Source: Patescibacteria group bacterium (lineage in GTDB: Bacteria; Patescibacteriota; Microgenomatia; UBA1400; PJMF01). Taken from it: a DNA stretch of 64,000 nt. Below the pieces are notes generated by a model, which had not been told where the DNA came from, did not search any database, and was given only the letters and a program-made list of their open reading frames with translations. The position numbers were made by a program, and so were the translations under genes. The first letter of the stretch is position 1; each line of letters begins with the position of its first letter. This document shows positions 62,993 through 64,000 of the stretch, piece after piece. The stretch spans positions 69,724 to 133,723 of the forward strand of contig JAHDXH010000002.1 of NCBI GenBank assembly GCA_023382875.1. Reading direction: 5' to 3'.

Positions 62993-63598
62993 ATGGCAAA
63001 CTCACTTAAAGATTTCATGATCTCGAAAACGAGAGTCAAGATGTTCGAACTGTTCTTCACTAAACCTGAAGAGATGTATTATGTTCGCGAAATCACCCGT
63101 GAGACCAATGAAGAAATCAACGCAGTTCGAAGAGAATTAGACCGCATGCTTGATTATGGTTTACTCAAAAGTGAACAACGTGGCAACCGAGTTTATTACT
63201 CATTGAATAATCGCTACGTTTTCTTTGATGAGTTGCAAAAAATGGTGGCTAAGACTGTTGGTCTTGGTAAAAAAATCCGCCAACTTCGTCGTAAATTGGG
63301 CGAGCTTGAATTTGTCATGTTTTCAGGAAAGTTTGTTCGTGGCATTAAGCCTCATCGCGATGAGGTGGACTTGTTGGTGATTGGTGACGTAGTTTTGCCA
63401 GAGTTAGAAGCGTTGGTTAAAGAAGAGCAAGTTAAATTGGGCAGAGAAATTAACTATGCCGTTTTTGATGCTCAAGAATTTGATTTTAGAAAAACCAGAC
63501 GTGATCCATTTATTATGGATATTCTAATGAATTCTCGTGTCATGATTATTGGCAGCAGTGAGGATTTTGCAGAGAGAAAGATGCCTGGAGTAAGTTAA
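62993..63598 (+). CDS. Winged-HTH plus minimal nucleotidyltransferase-like domain protein
   Basis: SKTRVK..LF, YVREITR...VRREL..GLL HTH; FSGKF...EVDLLVIG, LGREINY. Confidence 0.78.
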   Translation: MANSLKDFMISKTRVKMFELFFTKPEEMYYVREITRETNEEINAVRRELDRMLDYGLLKSEQRGNRVYYSLNNRYVFFDELQKMVAKTVGLGKKIRQLRRKLGELEFVMFSGKFVRGIKPHRDEVDLLVIGDVVLPELEALVKEEQVKLGREINYAVFDAQEFDFRKTRRDPFIMDILMNSRVMIIGSSEDFAERKMPGVS

Positions 63599-63618
63599 TA
63601 CTTTCTGGTGGGGAAATT

Positions 63619-64000
63619 ATGTTTAAACAGCTTAGAATTTTTTTATTGATTATAGTATTAACTTTGGTGGCAGCTTTTATTGCTTTGCCCGATAGTTTCC
63701 CTTTGCGTTTTAAAGTTGGTAATTTTGCTGTTGACCGTGAATTTGCCAAACCTCCGATTGATATTAATATTTTGGGCAAAAATTTTGCGCCAAATTGGCA
63801 ACTTAAACAAGGTCTAGATATTCAGGGTGGTGTTCAAGTGGTCTTGAAGGCAGATATGTCGGAAATTGCTGAAGTAGATCGACCAACAGCTTTGGAATCT
63901 GCCCGCGAAATTATTTTGCGCCGGGTTGACCTTTTTGGTATCAACGAGCCGGTAGTGCAAACATCTGTTAATGGTAACGACTATCGTATTTTGGTGGAAT
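63619..64000 (+). CDS. secD: Protein translocase subunit SecD, 5' part (runs off the window)
   Basis: Not in the ORF track. Manual translation: MFKQLRIFLL...LKQGLDIQGG...RRVDLFGINEPVVQ...YRILVE. Confidence 0.93.
   Translation, partial: MFKQLRIFLLIIVLTLVAAFIALPDSFPLRFKVGNFAVDREFAKPPIDINILGKNFAPNWQLKQGLDIQGGVQVVLKADMSEIAEVDRPTALESAREIILRRVDLFGINEPVVQTSVNGNDYRILVE

Noticed and set aside
81-63779. Many short ORF-track entries overlapping larger genes (e.g. 81-299, 4202-4804, 5107-5604, 28132-28494, 39729-40118, 52337-52924, 52636-53052, 63546-63779)
   Set aside because: They are antisense or off-frame shadows of well-supported genes, with no motifs or expression signals of their own.
1-64000. 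CRISPR array, cas genes, reverse transcriptase/DGR, transposase, integrase, rRNA
   Set aside because: No regularly spaced repeats or matching protein motifs were seen by eye. A self-dotplot would be needed to exclude a TR/VR-type pair.
1-64000. Alternative genetic code (UGA=Gly, as in Gracilibacteria/Absconditabacteria)
   Set aside because: Long ORFs are intact under code 11, and TGA ends several genes at ATGA overlaps (e.g. 27014-27017, 10376-10379).

Overview
This is a gene-dense, AT-rich bacterial chromosome segment using the standard genetic code. Gene content and protein style suggest a Patescibacteria/CPR organism, most likely Microgenomates (inference, no search run). It carries housekeeping genes (pnp fragment, ileS, a PBP1A-ftsW-murG-ftsQ-sufS-sufU-yjjX-ftsA-ftsZ cluster, recJ, dnaG, rplU, rpmA, parB, metG, mnmA, rfbB, rfbD, Elp3, recQ, rarA, frr, rseP, 5' part of secD), five tRNAs, surface-glycan and surface-protein genes, and a tRNA-linked accessory region at about 52-59 kb. 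Five observations stand out. (1) At 36.3-40.4 kb, a 7TM membrane protein, an ATP-grasp ligase fused to an apparently inactivated aspartic-protease domain, a DUF1704 metallocarboxypeptidase resembling the eukaryotic tubulin-tail peptidase MATCAP, and a RimK-like ligase form a candidate writer/eraser or poly-amino-acid system. (2) ileS is preceded by an actinobacterial-type ultrashort-Stem-I T-box that appears wired to an intrinsic terminator. (3) A dockerin-like/LamG protein lies next to a membrane-anchored cohesin protein with Cys-rich repeats. (4) Many genes have leaderless-type promoters. (5) A tRNA-Pro 3'-end duplication is followed by GC-richer cassettes, one with a long structured 5' leader. 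All family calls come from motif recognition by eye, not database searches.
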